In this document: piece by piece, positions 9,934 through 18,076 of the stretch
Position numbering within the stretch: the stretch's first letter is position 1
Layout: the number at the start of each line of letters is the position of its first letter
IMG/VR virus record: IMGVR_UViG_3300037313_002165
Span: 1-59,297 of that record
Strand: one strand, 5' to 3'
Length of the DNA: 59,297 nucleotides
Source: a virus
Lineage: Duplodnaviria; Caudoviricetes
The notes under the pieces: model-generated
Seen by the model: only the letters and a program-made list of their open reading frames with translations
Told to the model about the DNA's origin: nothing
The model's database searches: none
Made by a program: the position numbers and the translations under genes

Positions 9934-10236
9934 ATGGACCACTACGAAATAATGAAACAGCACTGGCTACATTGGCTGGTCGGATTCTTCGTGAAGAACC
10001 GCCGCCAGACATGGCTCCGGTGGCATTGTTTTCACGATCGATTTCACCGGCACCTGACTCCAACGATCACGTTTAAGCCGTGGGAGAAATCGTGCCTCGC
10101 TACGATCCCAGAGCTGGGGATCGTGACTCACTCCATCGGCATCGGCTTCGAGTTTTGGAGCTGGGCTTGGATGCTTAGTTTCGGCGTCTCCACTCAATCG
10201 CCAGAGGACGCCGCGAAAATGGCGTGCAACCGCTGA
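9934..10236 (+). CDS. Hypothetical Trp-rich protein (array gene 2)
   Basis: ORF bounded by GAACGAA spacers. Confidence 0.65.
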   Translation: MDHYEIMKQHWLHWLVGFFVKNRRQTWLRWHCFHDRFHRHLTPTITFKPWEKSCLATIPELGIVTHSIGIGFEFWSWAWMLSFGVSTQSPEDAAKMACNR

Positions 10237-10249
10237 GAACGAAAATCCA

Positions 10250-10624
10250 ATGAGCGCCGAGGATAACGAGAAAGACTTAGAGAACACGCGGGAGCTGTTT
10301 GATTTCCTGCGCGGAAACGTGCCGGAGGGCTACGAGATCGACGCGGGCCACGTACCGAAGCTGACGGCCGATCAAGCCGCGACCGTCATTTGGTTTCTCG
10401 GCAACATGTATTGGAAGGTCACTGATCACGTTGAACGGTGCGACGTGTGCGGTGAGTGGTATAACACGTGGTGTGAGGGCGAGTGTGTTGATTGCCCGCC
10501 CGCGCCATACTTTTTCTGCGGCAACTGCATGGACGGCGAGGAAGCGCAGCGAAAACGCCGCATCGAGCGCGGACTAGAACGCGCCAAGAAACGCCAACCG
10601 CGCTGCGCCGTAATCCCCTCCTGA
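10250..10624 (+). CDS. Hypothetical protein, putative Zn-binding (array gene 3)
   Basis: CDVC, CVDC, CGNC. Confidence 0.7.
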   Translation: MSAEDNEKDLENTRELFDFLRGNVPEGYEIDAGHVPKLTADQAATVIWFLGNMYWKVTDHVERCDVCGEWYNTWCEGECVDCPPAPYFFCGNCMDGEEAQRKRRIERGLERAKKRQPRCAVIPS

Positions 10625-10636
10625 GAACGAAGACCT

Positions 10637-10873
10637 ATGAACGACAAGCAACGCATCGAATTTCTCTCCGGGCTCGTGAAGAACTGCCCGACCGCCAGCT
10701 TTCACCACAACGAGGACGTGGGCATGACGTTCCCGGACGGCAGTTCGATGCCGGTCGGATTTACGATTCTCGTCGAAGGCGTCTGCGATCCGGTGCGCGT
10801 CACCGCTTCAACCTTCCGCAAGTGCGTCGATGCACTACGCCGCGAGATGGGCGACAGCGGCGAAATCTTTTGA
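10637..10873 (+). CDS. Hypothetical protein (array gene 4)
   Basis: ORF bounded by GAACGAA spacers. Confidence 0.7.
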   Translation: MNDKQRIEFLSGLVKNCPTASFHHNEDVGMTFPDGSSMPVGFTILVEGVCDPVRVTASTFRKCVDALRREMGDSGEIF

Positions 10874-10886
10874 GAGGAACGAATCC

Positions 10887-11174
10887 ATGATACCGAAAAC
10901 CACTCCGAAATTCGAAGAACTGCCGCAGTACAGGGCCAGAGAGCAGGGACGCGTTTACCTCGAAGTGTTGGTGACACCAACAATCGCCGGATGGCGCGGG
11001 GTGTGCAATGAGTGTAAGTTCAAGATTCCGGGAAAAGACGATCCAGTGCGCGCCGCTTGGGGCGCTGCCGAGGTGGCGTTCACCGAATATTTCGACCGCA
11101 ACGTATCGTGGACGGAAATCCGACTGGAGCGAGAGACTCCATGGGAGTTCGTCGCGAGCATGCCCAACGAGTGA
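10887..11174 (+). CDS. Hypothetical protein (array gene 5)
   Basis: ATG 3 nt after the heptamer; CNEC. Confidence 0.7.
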   Translation: MIPKTTPKFEELPQYRAREQGRVYLEVLVTPTIAGWRGVCNECKFKIPGKDDPVRAAWGAAEVAFTEYFDRNVSWTEIRLERETPWEFVASMPNE

Positions 11175-11188
11175 GAGAACGAACAATT

Positions 11189-11410
11189 ATGGCTACCTCA
11201 CTCAAGGCGCTCCGTAAGCGCATCAACTCAGCGAAATCAGACCGCGGCTTGAAGAAGCTCGTGACGGAGGCGCTCGCTCAAGGCGAGGCCACCTTCCGCT
11301 ACGCGCAACACTGCGATTGGCGCGATGCAGTTTTGGCCATCGGGGAGGCCCGTTGCTACGGCGCCTTGGCTCTCGATGCGATTAATAAGTGCCGCGCTGT
11401 GCCGGTCTGA
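11189..11410 (+). CDS. Hypothetical protein (array gene 6)
   Basis: ATG 5 nt after the heptamer (MATSLKALRK...). Confidence 0.7.
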   Translation: MATSLKALRKRINSAKSDRGLKKLVTEALAQGEATFRYAQHCDWRDAVLAIGEARCYGALALDAINKCRAVPV

Positions 11411-11435
11411 CCGAACGAATCAGGGATTTTGATAC

Positions 11436-12836
11436 GTGACCAAGACCGGCAAAAAATTACGTAACTCGCAGGGGCAATTCGTCGAAAGATGGATGCTCGA
11501 CGATGGCGCGTCTCACCGGTGTCCGACAGACCGGCCCATGCTCCCGGTGCTCGGTCCGCATTGGAAAGCCCTATGGGTTTACAAGCGCAACCGCAGGTAC
11601 TTCGGGGGAGAGTGGCGCGGGAGCGTCGGGGGCCGTCGCGTGCGTTACCAGGCCGAGACGGCTGAAAAACTCCTGCAAAAACTACGGGTCGCGGAGCGCG
11701 AGTTGCTGCAACATGGCGCACTGGCCCGCGCGCTCTCCACCGAGCAACGGTACATCGCCGCGCAATGCTTCATCATTTGCGAGCGGCTGGGGGTGACGTT
11801 GCTCGATGTGATTCGCGATTTTGAGCGGACGCATCCGCACGGCGCCAACGCCCGCACGCTCGACCAGGTGCGCCTCGAATTGATCGATGCAAAGCGGGAG
11901 ATGAAGCGCAGCGAGCGGCATGTGCTGTCGCTGGATTACCGGTTGCGCCGTCTCGTCGCCGCGATTGGGGACAAGAAAATCAGCGCCATCACCACGCGCG
12001 AGCTTGAGGAAGAACTGGCGCGCCATCGCGACTGGAACGCGACGACGGTGCACGGCGTGGTGCAGGGGTGGAAGATCGCCTTTAATTTTGCGGTGCGCCG
12101 CGGTTACCTGCTGAACAATCCCGCGGACCGGCTGGAGCTGCCGAAGATTATTCACGACGAGCCGAGCATCTTTTCGGTGGATGAGGCGCGGCGGCTGATG
12201 GCGGCGACGTTGTTTTGCGATCGCGACCCGATGCTGCCGCATTGCCGGGCATATCTGGCCATCGGGATGTTTGCGGGACTACGGCCGGATGAGATTGCGC
12301 GCCTGGAGTGGCAGCATGTCGATTTGACGACCGCAACGATTCGCGTGAAGGCCGCCAACGCCAAGGACCGCGACCGGCGCATCGTCGACATTCAGCCGAA
12401 TCTTGCGGCCTGGCTGCAACCGGTGGCGCGCACGCGGGGGCATGTGCTGACCAAGCCGCTCGCGGTGTTGCGCGTGGCCGCGCGCGCGGTGCTGGGGCTC
12501 GACGAGTGGCCGCACGACATCATGCGCCACTCGTTTGTCTCTTATTACTTCGCGCTGTGTGAGGATGAGGCGAAGACGAAGAAGCAGGTGGGGCACCGGG
12601 ATGACGGGCGCGTCTTCTACAATCATTACATGGTGCCGTGCTCGCGGGCGGACGGGCGGCGGTTCTTTGGGATTGTGCCGCCGGTGGGGCTGCTCATGAG
12701 CGGCGCGGAGGCGCGGCCGCGCTATGATGACGGGATGCAACCGCTGCGGGGTCTTAGCACCACGCCGGGGCCAGATGATGAGCTCACGGAGTCAGAGCTG
12801 GCGACATATCCGGTACATCCGGAGGAGAATCGATGA
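11436..12836 (+). CDS. Tyrosine recombinase (second integrase-family gene)
   Basis: GLRPDE (R), AKDR (K), HDIMRH, GH..FYNHY; catalytic set intact. Confidence 0.9.
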   Translation: MTKTGKKLRNSQGQFVERWMLDDGASHRCPTDRPMLPVLGPHWKALWVYKRNRRYFGGEWRGSVGGRRVRYQAETAEKLLQKLRVAERELLQHGALARALSTEQRYIAAQCFIICERLGVTLLDVIRDFERTHPHGANARTLDQVRLELIDAKREMKRSERHVLSLDYRLRRLVAAIGDKKISAITTRELEEELARHRDWNATTVHGVVQGWKIAFNFAVRRGYLLNNPADRLELPKIIHDEPSIFSVDEARRLMAATLFCDRDPMLPHCRAYLAIGMFAGLRPDEIARLEWQHVDLTTATIRVKAANAKDRDRRIVDIQPNLAAWLQPVARTRGHVLTKPLAVLRVAARAVLGLDEWPHDIMRHSFVSYYFALCEDEAKTKKQVGHRDDGRVFYNHYMVPCSRADGRRFFGIVPPVGLLMSGAEARPRYDDGMQPLRGLSTTPGPDDELTESELATYPVHPEENR

Positions 12837-13210
12837 ACGCGCGCGATATCGACTCACTCAGCGCGGCCATCGGGCGGCATCTTCGGGCGAACCGGAGCGC
12901 GGTCATGCAGGAGAAGGGCGTGCATAACGCCATCGCGGCGGCGTTCGCCGAGATTGGCATGAAGGTAGAGCGGGAGTATCGCCTCACGCCAGAATCACGG
13001 CTCGATTTCTTCCTGTCGGATTGCGGAACCGCAGTCGAGGTGAAGAAGGGTAACGCGGGACTGCCGGTCGTCAGCCAGATCGGCCGCTACTTCGAGTCCG
13101 AGAAGGTGACCGGCTGCATCCTGGTCGCAATGCGAATTGATCCTGCAGTGCCAAAAACATTTCGCGGCAAGCCTATCGCGCACCTGCCGCTCTGGAAATT
13201 TCTACTCTGA
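12833..13210 (+). CDS. PD-(D/E)xK restriction-endonuclease-like protein
   Basis: EREY..RLDF..AVEVK..QIGRY. Confidence 0.75.
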   Translation: MNARDIDSLSAAIGRHLRANRSAVMQEKGVHNAIAAAFAEIGMKVEREYRLTPESRLDFFLSDCGTAVEVKKGNAGLPVVSQIGRYFESEKVTGCILVAMRIDPAVPKTFRGKPIAHLPLWKFLL

Positions 13211-14898
13211 TGCGACCGCAAGGCCAACTCTACTACGTGCCCGCACCCGCGAAAGAATGGGTGTTCAAGGTAACACCATCGCTCGCGATGCGACTCAAGC
13301 GGATGTTTCCACGCATGGTGCAATCGCAGGCGACGCTGCTGCGGTTGAAGCACACGCCGGATATCGCGGCGGATATCGAGTGGGTGTTGCAGCGGTATCC
13401 GCTCACGATTGCCGCGGCGGAACTGGAATTTCTCAATCGGTCGGCGGATGCGTATCGCGAGCGGCAGGCGTTGCTCGAAAGCATCATGGCGGCTCCGCCA
13501 CCGCCATCCTCTTTCGAGATGGCACTCGCGCCGCGCGAGTATCAGGCGCAGGCCGCGGCGCTCTACCTCGCGCAAGGGCACTTGCTGCTCGCGGACGTGG
13601 TGGGTGCCGGAAAAACGGTGAGCGCGATCGCGTCGTTCACGGATAAGCGGGTCGTGCCGGTGTGCGTGGTCGTGAAGGCTCACCTCACGAAGCAGTGGAA
13701 GGATGAGATTGCGAAATTCCTGCCCGCAGTACGGACGCACATCGTCAAAAAAAGCACGCCTTACGAGCTGCCGGCGGCCGATGTCTATATCTGCACCTAC
13801 AACAAGCTGCACGGCTGGTGGGGCATATTTGCGGAAAAATGCCGGTCGGTCGTCTTCGACGAGATCCAAGAGGTGCGCGTCATCGGCTCGGGAAAATACG
13901 AGGCGGCGCGAAACCTTTGTGAGGTTGTGCCGTTTCGCCTGGGGCTGTCGGCGACGCCGATTCACAATTACGGAGGCGAGGCGTGGAACGTGTTCAACCT
14001 GCTTTGCCCGGACGTGCTCGGTGGGGGAGAAGAGTTTATGCGCGAATGGTGCACGCATGGGATGGTGAACAATCCGGAGGCGCTGGGCTCCTACCTGCGC
14101 GAGAACAAATTGATGCTGCGGCGCACGCGGAAGGAAATCGGCCGCGAGCTGCCGCCCATCGTGCGCTATGTGCAGGACATCGAGGTGGACCATGACGTTT
14201 ACCAGAAAGGATTGAGCGGCGCGGACGAGCTCGCGCGCCTCGTGTTGAGCGGAACTTTTCTCGAGCGCGGGCAGGCGGCGCGGCAATTCGACTTGGAGTT
14301 GCGCCAGGCGACCGGGTTAGCGAAGGCGCCCTACGTCGCGGAACTCATCCGGATGCTCGTCGAGTCGGGCGAGCAAGTCCTGGTCGGCGGCTGGCATCGC
14401 GCGGTGTACGACGTGTGGCTCGACCGGCTGAGCAATCTTTATCCCGTGATGTTCACCGGATCCGAGAGCCCAACGCAGAAAGAGGCCTCGCGCCAGGCTT
14501 TCATCGAAGGGCGTTCGAAGGTGATGCTGATGTCGCTGCGGTCGGGTTCGGGGCTGAACGGGTTGCAGGACGTGTGCTCGTGTTGCGTCATTGGGGAACT
14601 CGATTGGACGCCGGCGGTGCACGAGCAGTTCATCGGTCGGCTCGCGCGCGACGGGCAGACGGAATCGGTGCAGGTGTTCATCCCGGTCGCGCCGGTGGGA
14701 TGTGACCCGACGATGGCGAGCGTGTTGGGGCTGAAGCAGGCGCAGGCGACGGGGATCGTCGACCTCGGGAAGGAAATCACGGCGGATTTTGTCGAGACGG
14801 ACCCGCAGCGACTGAAGCAGCTAGCGATCGATTACCTGAAGGCGCGGAAGCTGCCCGTGCCGGAGGGCAGCGCTCCGCCGGGCGAGACGGCGGCGTAG
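13210..14898 (+). CDS. SNF2-family helicase
   Basis: ADVVGAGKT, FDEIQ, LSATP, GLNGLQ, QFIGRLARDGQ. Confidence 0.9.
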   Translation: MRPQGQLYYVPAPAKEWVFKVTPSLAMRLKRMFPRMVQSQATLLRLKHTPDIAADIEWVLQRYPLTIAAAELEFLNRSADAYRERQALLESIMAAPPPPSSFEMALAPREYQAQAAALYLAQGHLLLADVVGAGKTVSAIASFTDKRVVPVCVVVKAHLTKQWKDEIAKFLPAVRTHIVKKSTPYELPAADVYICTYNKLHGWWGIFAEKCRSVVFDEIQEVRVIGSGKYEAARNLCEVVPFRLGLSATPIHNYGGEAWNVFNLLCPDVLGGGEEFMREWCTHGMVNNPEALGSYLRENKLMLRRTRKEIGRELPPIVRYVQDIEVDHDVYQKGLSGADELARLVLSGTFLERGQAARQFDLELRQATGLAKAPYVAELIRMLVESGEQVLVGGWHRAVYDVWLDRLSNLYPVMFTGSESPTQKEASRQAFIEGRSKVMLMSLRSGSGLNGLQDVCSCCVIGELDWTPAVHEQFIGRLARDGQTESVQVFIPVAPVGCDPTMASVLGLKQAQATGIVDLGKEITADFVETDPQRLKQLAIDYLKARKLPVPEGSAPPGETAA

Positions 14899-14927
14899 AC
14901 TGGCGGGACACGATTCCAAACTTCAAC

Positions 14928-15665
14928 ATGCCAAGTCGTATCATCAGGGAGGGGTGGCTAGAATCGGAACGCATCAATACCCTTGACGCGGCGGCGGAGC
15001 GTTTCTTTCTCCGGCTGTGTTTGCGCGCTGACGACTATGGTCGTTTTCACGCGAACACGGTTCTTCTCAAATCAAGTCTCTTCCCGCTGAGCGAAGACGT
15101 TAGAGGCACCGACATACCCCGCTGGCTCGCTGCGTGCGAAAAGGCCGGATTGGTTCGCTGCTACGAGGTCGAAGCAAAGCGGTTTGTGGAGATTCACCGG
15201 TTCGACCAGCGGACGCGGGCTCAGCGGAGTAAATTCCCCGAGCCCCCGCCGCTTGTCGGTCAGATGCCTGACACGTGTCTGACAGGTGACGGGCCTCCGC
15301 GCACGGAGGCGAAGTCGGAGTCGGATGCGAATATCGGAGTCGGAGTCGGAGACGAAGGGGCGCCCGCTCCGGCGGGCAATTGCCCGGCACTCATCATCCC
15401 TATTCTGCTGAACGTACCTGAGTTCCTCGGACCTTGGGCGCAATGGCAGGACATCCGCCGCAAGGGCAAGAAGCCGAAGACGTCTTGGGAGGAATACTTC
15501 GCCAAGCAGCTTGCCTGGCTGGAGAGGTTCGGACTCGAGACGGCCATCAGCATCGTCGATACCTCGGCGCGCAACGAGTGGCAGGGGTTGTTTGAGCCCA
15601 AGGGCGGGAAGGCGCGCGGCGCTGCAGGATCGCAACGAAAGGGGGAGTTCGACCGTGCCTGGTGA
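14928..15665 (+). CDS. Phage replication initiator / replisome organizer
   Basis: MPSRIIRE..ADDYGRF N-terminus, low-complexity linker, WQGLF C-terminus; precedes a DnaC-like gene. Confidence 0.72.
   Translation: MPSRIIREGWLESERINTLDAAAERFFLRLCLRADDYGRFHANTVLLKSSLFPLSEDVRGTDIPRWLAACEKAGLVRCYEVEAKRFVEIHRFDQRTRAQRSKFPEPPPLVGQMPDTCLTGDGPPRTEAKSESDANIGVGVGDEGAPAPAGNCPALIIPILLNVPEFLGPWAQWQDIRRKGKKPKTSWEEYFAKQLAWLERFGLETAISIVDTSARNEWQGLFEPKGGKARGAAGSQRKGEFDRAW
15255..15352. other. Putative replication origin (iterons inside the initiator gene)
   Basis: CTGACA twice plus inverted GTCAG, then repeated (G)TCGGA units; lambda-ori-like position. Confidence 0.4.
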
Positions 15666-16398
15666 TGAGCAAGCGCAGCAGCTGGTGGGCGGGGCGATGG
15701 TCGGGAAGGTGCCGATGCCGCCGACCATCGGCCAACTCGCGGCGGAGTTTGCCGCGTCGTGGGGGCTCGACATGGCGGCGCCGCGGGGGCCGCTAGACCA
15801 CGATGCGATAGCGCAGGCCTATATCGCGGATGCGCGGCTGCGTGACGCGCGGATGAGGTGGGACGCGTTCGCGGCAGAGAACCCACAGCTCGTGGAGACG
15901 GAGTGGGAGAGGCCGCAATATGAGGCGAACCGTGAAGCGATCGCAAAGGTGTTGGGCTGGCAGTACGGCGCGAAGGGTTTGCTCGCGAGCGGGCCGACGG
16001 GTCGCGGGAAGACGCGGGCACTCGTCGAGTTGTTCAAGCGTCTGGCGTGCGACGAAGGGCGCGACGTGCGCTACTACTTCGCGGGCGACTGGTTCGCGGC
16101 GTTGCAGGCGCAGGTGAACTACGGGCGCGACGAGGCGCGCGGCTGGGTTGAGGCGTGTGCGCAGCGGAAGCTCATCATCATCGACGACCTCGGACAGGAG
16201 GCGATGCAGACGACGCGGGCGGATTGGGCGCAGGGCTGGCTGTTTCGCTTTCTCGACCTGCGCATCAGCCGCGGGTTGCCGCTCATCGTCTCGACGAATC
16301 TCTCGTCGCGCGAGATGGCAGGGCGCGCCAGCGATGTGCGAGGAGACCCATTGGTGCGGAGGTTCACCGACCTGTGCGAAATCGTGAAATTCAAATGA
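15655..16398 (+). CDS. DnaC/IstB-like AAA+ helicase loader
   Basis: Walker A GPTGRGKT, Walker B IIDDLG, STNL; GTG start after GGGGGAG. Confidence 0.87.
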   Translation: MPGDEQAQQLVGGAMVGKVPMPPTIGQLAAEFAASWGLDMAAPRGPLDHDAIAQAYIADARLRDARMRWDAFAAENPQLVETEWERPQYEANREAIAKVLGWQYGAKGLLASGPTGRGKTRALVELFKRLACDEGRDVRYYFAGDWFAALQAQVNYGRDEARGWVEACAQRKLIIIDDLGQEAMQTTRADWAQGWLFRFLDLRISRGLPLIVSTNLSSREMAGRASDVRGDPLVRRFTDLCEIVKFK

Positions 16399-16607
16399 TG
16401 CCAATGCTCAATCAACAGGTAAAGCACAGGTCTGGCGCGCAGAAGGTGGGTATCGTCACCGCCATCATCACGCGCTCAAGCGGGGTGCAGTACGGTGTCA
16501 CTTGGGATGACCTGACCGAGCGTTGGCACGCAGCCGACGAGATCGAACCTCACGACCAAGGCCAACGGGCCATAGGCCTGCCAACCCAATCCGACGAGGT
16601 GGTGTGA
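16395..16607 (+). CDS. Hypothetical protein
   Basis: ATGA-coupled 70-aa ORF. Confidence 0.65.
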   Translation: MMPMLNQQVKHRSGAQKVGIVTAIITRSSGVQYGVTWDDLTERWHAADEIEPHDQGQRAIGLPTQSDEVV

Positions 16608-16661
16608 TGTGACGTGTTGTTGCGTACACCAGATAAGGCTTGACCGAAACACCGAAGGAGC

Positions 16662-16925
16662 ATGACCGATATAATCCCAGATCCACGTAACCGAGGCCGA
16701 AGGCAGGCGCTCGCCACCACCGAGCCGCCAGCGCGAGACGCAAACGCGAAGCGAAAACGCGAGATTTCGCAAAACGCGGGCAACGGCCCTTCGACAATTT
16801 TTTTACAACCGGGGGTCGCAAGAAAACTCTTGGACGCCTCGCCGCGAGCTGGGTCCGCGTCGGCGCGGTCCTCGGCCATGACCGAGCTGAAAACTTCATT
16901 TCCTTTCCCCAATGGCGGACGGTGA
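16662..16925 (+). CDS. Hypothetical protein, possibly overlapping the packaging site
   Basis: AAGGAG RBS; low-complexity product directly before terS. Confidence 0.35.
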   Translation: MTDIIPDPRNRGRRQALATTEPPARDANAKRKREISQNAGNGPSTIFLQPGVARKLLDASPRAGSASARSSAMTELKTSFPFPNGGR

Positions 16926-17406
16926 CCAGACGGCCGATGCGCTGGAGCCCAAGTTCATGCCAAGCATGGCAGCGGCGGCCCGCGTCCTCAAAGTCACGGC
17001 TCGAACGCTGCGCAACTGGCGGACGGAAGGCTGCCCGGGATTTGAGCCTGACGGGCGGGTCGACGTCGCGCAGGTTGCCGCCTGGGCGGAGAAGAAGCTG
17101 GCGGACCGCCGCGGCACCGTGGACATCCGCGAGGAGAAGATCCTCGAGGAGATTCGTCGTCTGCGAATCGCGAACGACGCGAGGGAAGGGCGCCTGGTCG
17201 AGCGCGCGTGGGTGGGGGAGAAATTGTTGTTGGCTGCCGGCGACCTGAACAGCTACCGCGCGAAATCCGAGGCCGAACACGCGATGCTTTTCTCTGCCGC
17301 CGCGGGCGACCCGGTCGAGTGTCGCGTCGTGCTGTGCACCATCTGGGACGAAATTATGCGCGTGCACGCGGAACTCGCGAAACACTTTGAGGAGGACCCC
17401 AGATGA
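16912..17406 (+). CDS. Terminase small subunit (Nu1-like)
   Basis: wHTH ARVLKVTARTLRNWRTEGCP, coiled region EGRLV; upstream of a GpA-like terL. Confidence 0.78.
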   Translation: MADGDQTADALEPKFMPSMAAAARVLKVTARTLRNWRTEGCPGFEPDGRVDVAQVAAWAEKKLADRRGTVDIREEKILEEIRRLRIANDAREGRLVERAWVGEKLLLAAGDLNSYRAKSEAEHAMLFSAAAGDPVECRVVLCTIWDEIMRVHAELAKHFEEDPR

Positions 17407-17996
17407 ACCAATCGCTGTCTCGAATTGAACGCTACGAAATCGCCATCGCGCAGGACCGGCTTTCTGGCCACCCCCGTCAGCAAGAAGACGCCATCGCGGA
17501 GCACTATGCTTCGCTCATGAGCCAAAGCCGAGACCTTTACGAACTCGCCAGGCGGCGACGCTACGGGCCGCCAAACGCGGAAATCGACGCGTGCATTGCC
17601 CACCTCGTGGGAGTGGTGAAGCGGGCGCACTTGCGCGCGTTCGGCATCCCGCTCGAATGGTCGCATGAATCGACTTTTCAACCTTTCACTGAAAGGTCGA
17701 AATCGGCATTCGAGCCCGTCGGTCAAACTGACCCGCGATGCTTGACTTGGCAGCCGATGGCGATTGCGCCAAAAGACGGCTCGGAAATCCTCGTGCTGTT
17801 CGACTCGGCGACGGTCGACGTAGTGCGCCTCTGCTGGTGGGATGACGGCGCGCCGCGCGAATCTGACCGATTCCCGGCGCCGCGACCGGATGACGTGGGC
17901 TGGTGGTCCTATCGCCACAGCGTCACGCAGGAGCAAATCAACATCGGGAAGGCGGTCGGCTGGTTACCGATGCCGGCGAAAAGAGGCGACCGATGA
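17403..17996 (+). CDS. Hypothetical protein with a DUF551-like C-terminus
   Basis: WQPMAIAPKDGSEILV...WLPMP. Confidence 0.7.
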   Translation: MNQSLSRIERYEIAIAQDRLSGHPRQQEDAIAEHYASLMSQSRDLYELARRRRYGPPNAEIDACIAHLVGVVKRAHLRAFGIPLEWSHESTFQPFTERSKSAFEPVGQTDPRCLTWQPMAIAPKDGSEILVLFDSATVDVVRLCWWDDGAPRESDRFPAPRPDDVGWWSYRHSVTQEQINIGKAVGWLPMPAKRGDR

Positions 17997-18076
17997 GCGA
18001 CACGCTTAAAGTCCAAGTCACATATAAGGGAAATTCGTTCTCCATCGAAAATCTCGAGATGGTGAAGATGTCATGA
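17993..18076 (+). CDS. 27-aa mini-ORF coupled to terL
   Basis: MSDTLKVQVTYKGNSFSIENLEMVKMS; ATGA overlaps at both ends. Confidence 0.5.
   Translation: MSDTLKVQVTYKGNSFSIENLEMVKMS

Larger units (their letters stand above)
9503..11419 (+). repeat. GAACGAA heptamer in six consecutive intergenic spacers, plus one variant
   Basis: GAACGAA at 9921, 10237, 10625, 10877, 11177, 11413, each 0-3 nt after a stop codon; GAACGCA at 9503 overlapping a stop. Confidence 0.9.

Noticed and set aside
9503-11419. CRISPR array or canonical integron attC sites
   Set aside because: The repeat is only 7 bp with gene-sized spacers. The intergenic gaps (12-25 bp) are too short for attC hairpins, and I could not identify the IntI-specific insertion in the recombinase.
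16780-16900. Exact cos site upstream of terS
   Set aside because: The position is plausible, but no specific cohesive-end sequence can be supported by eye.
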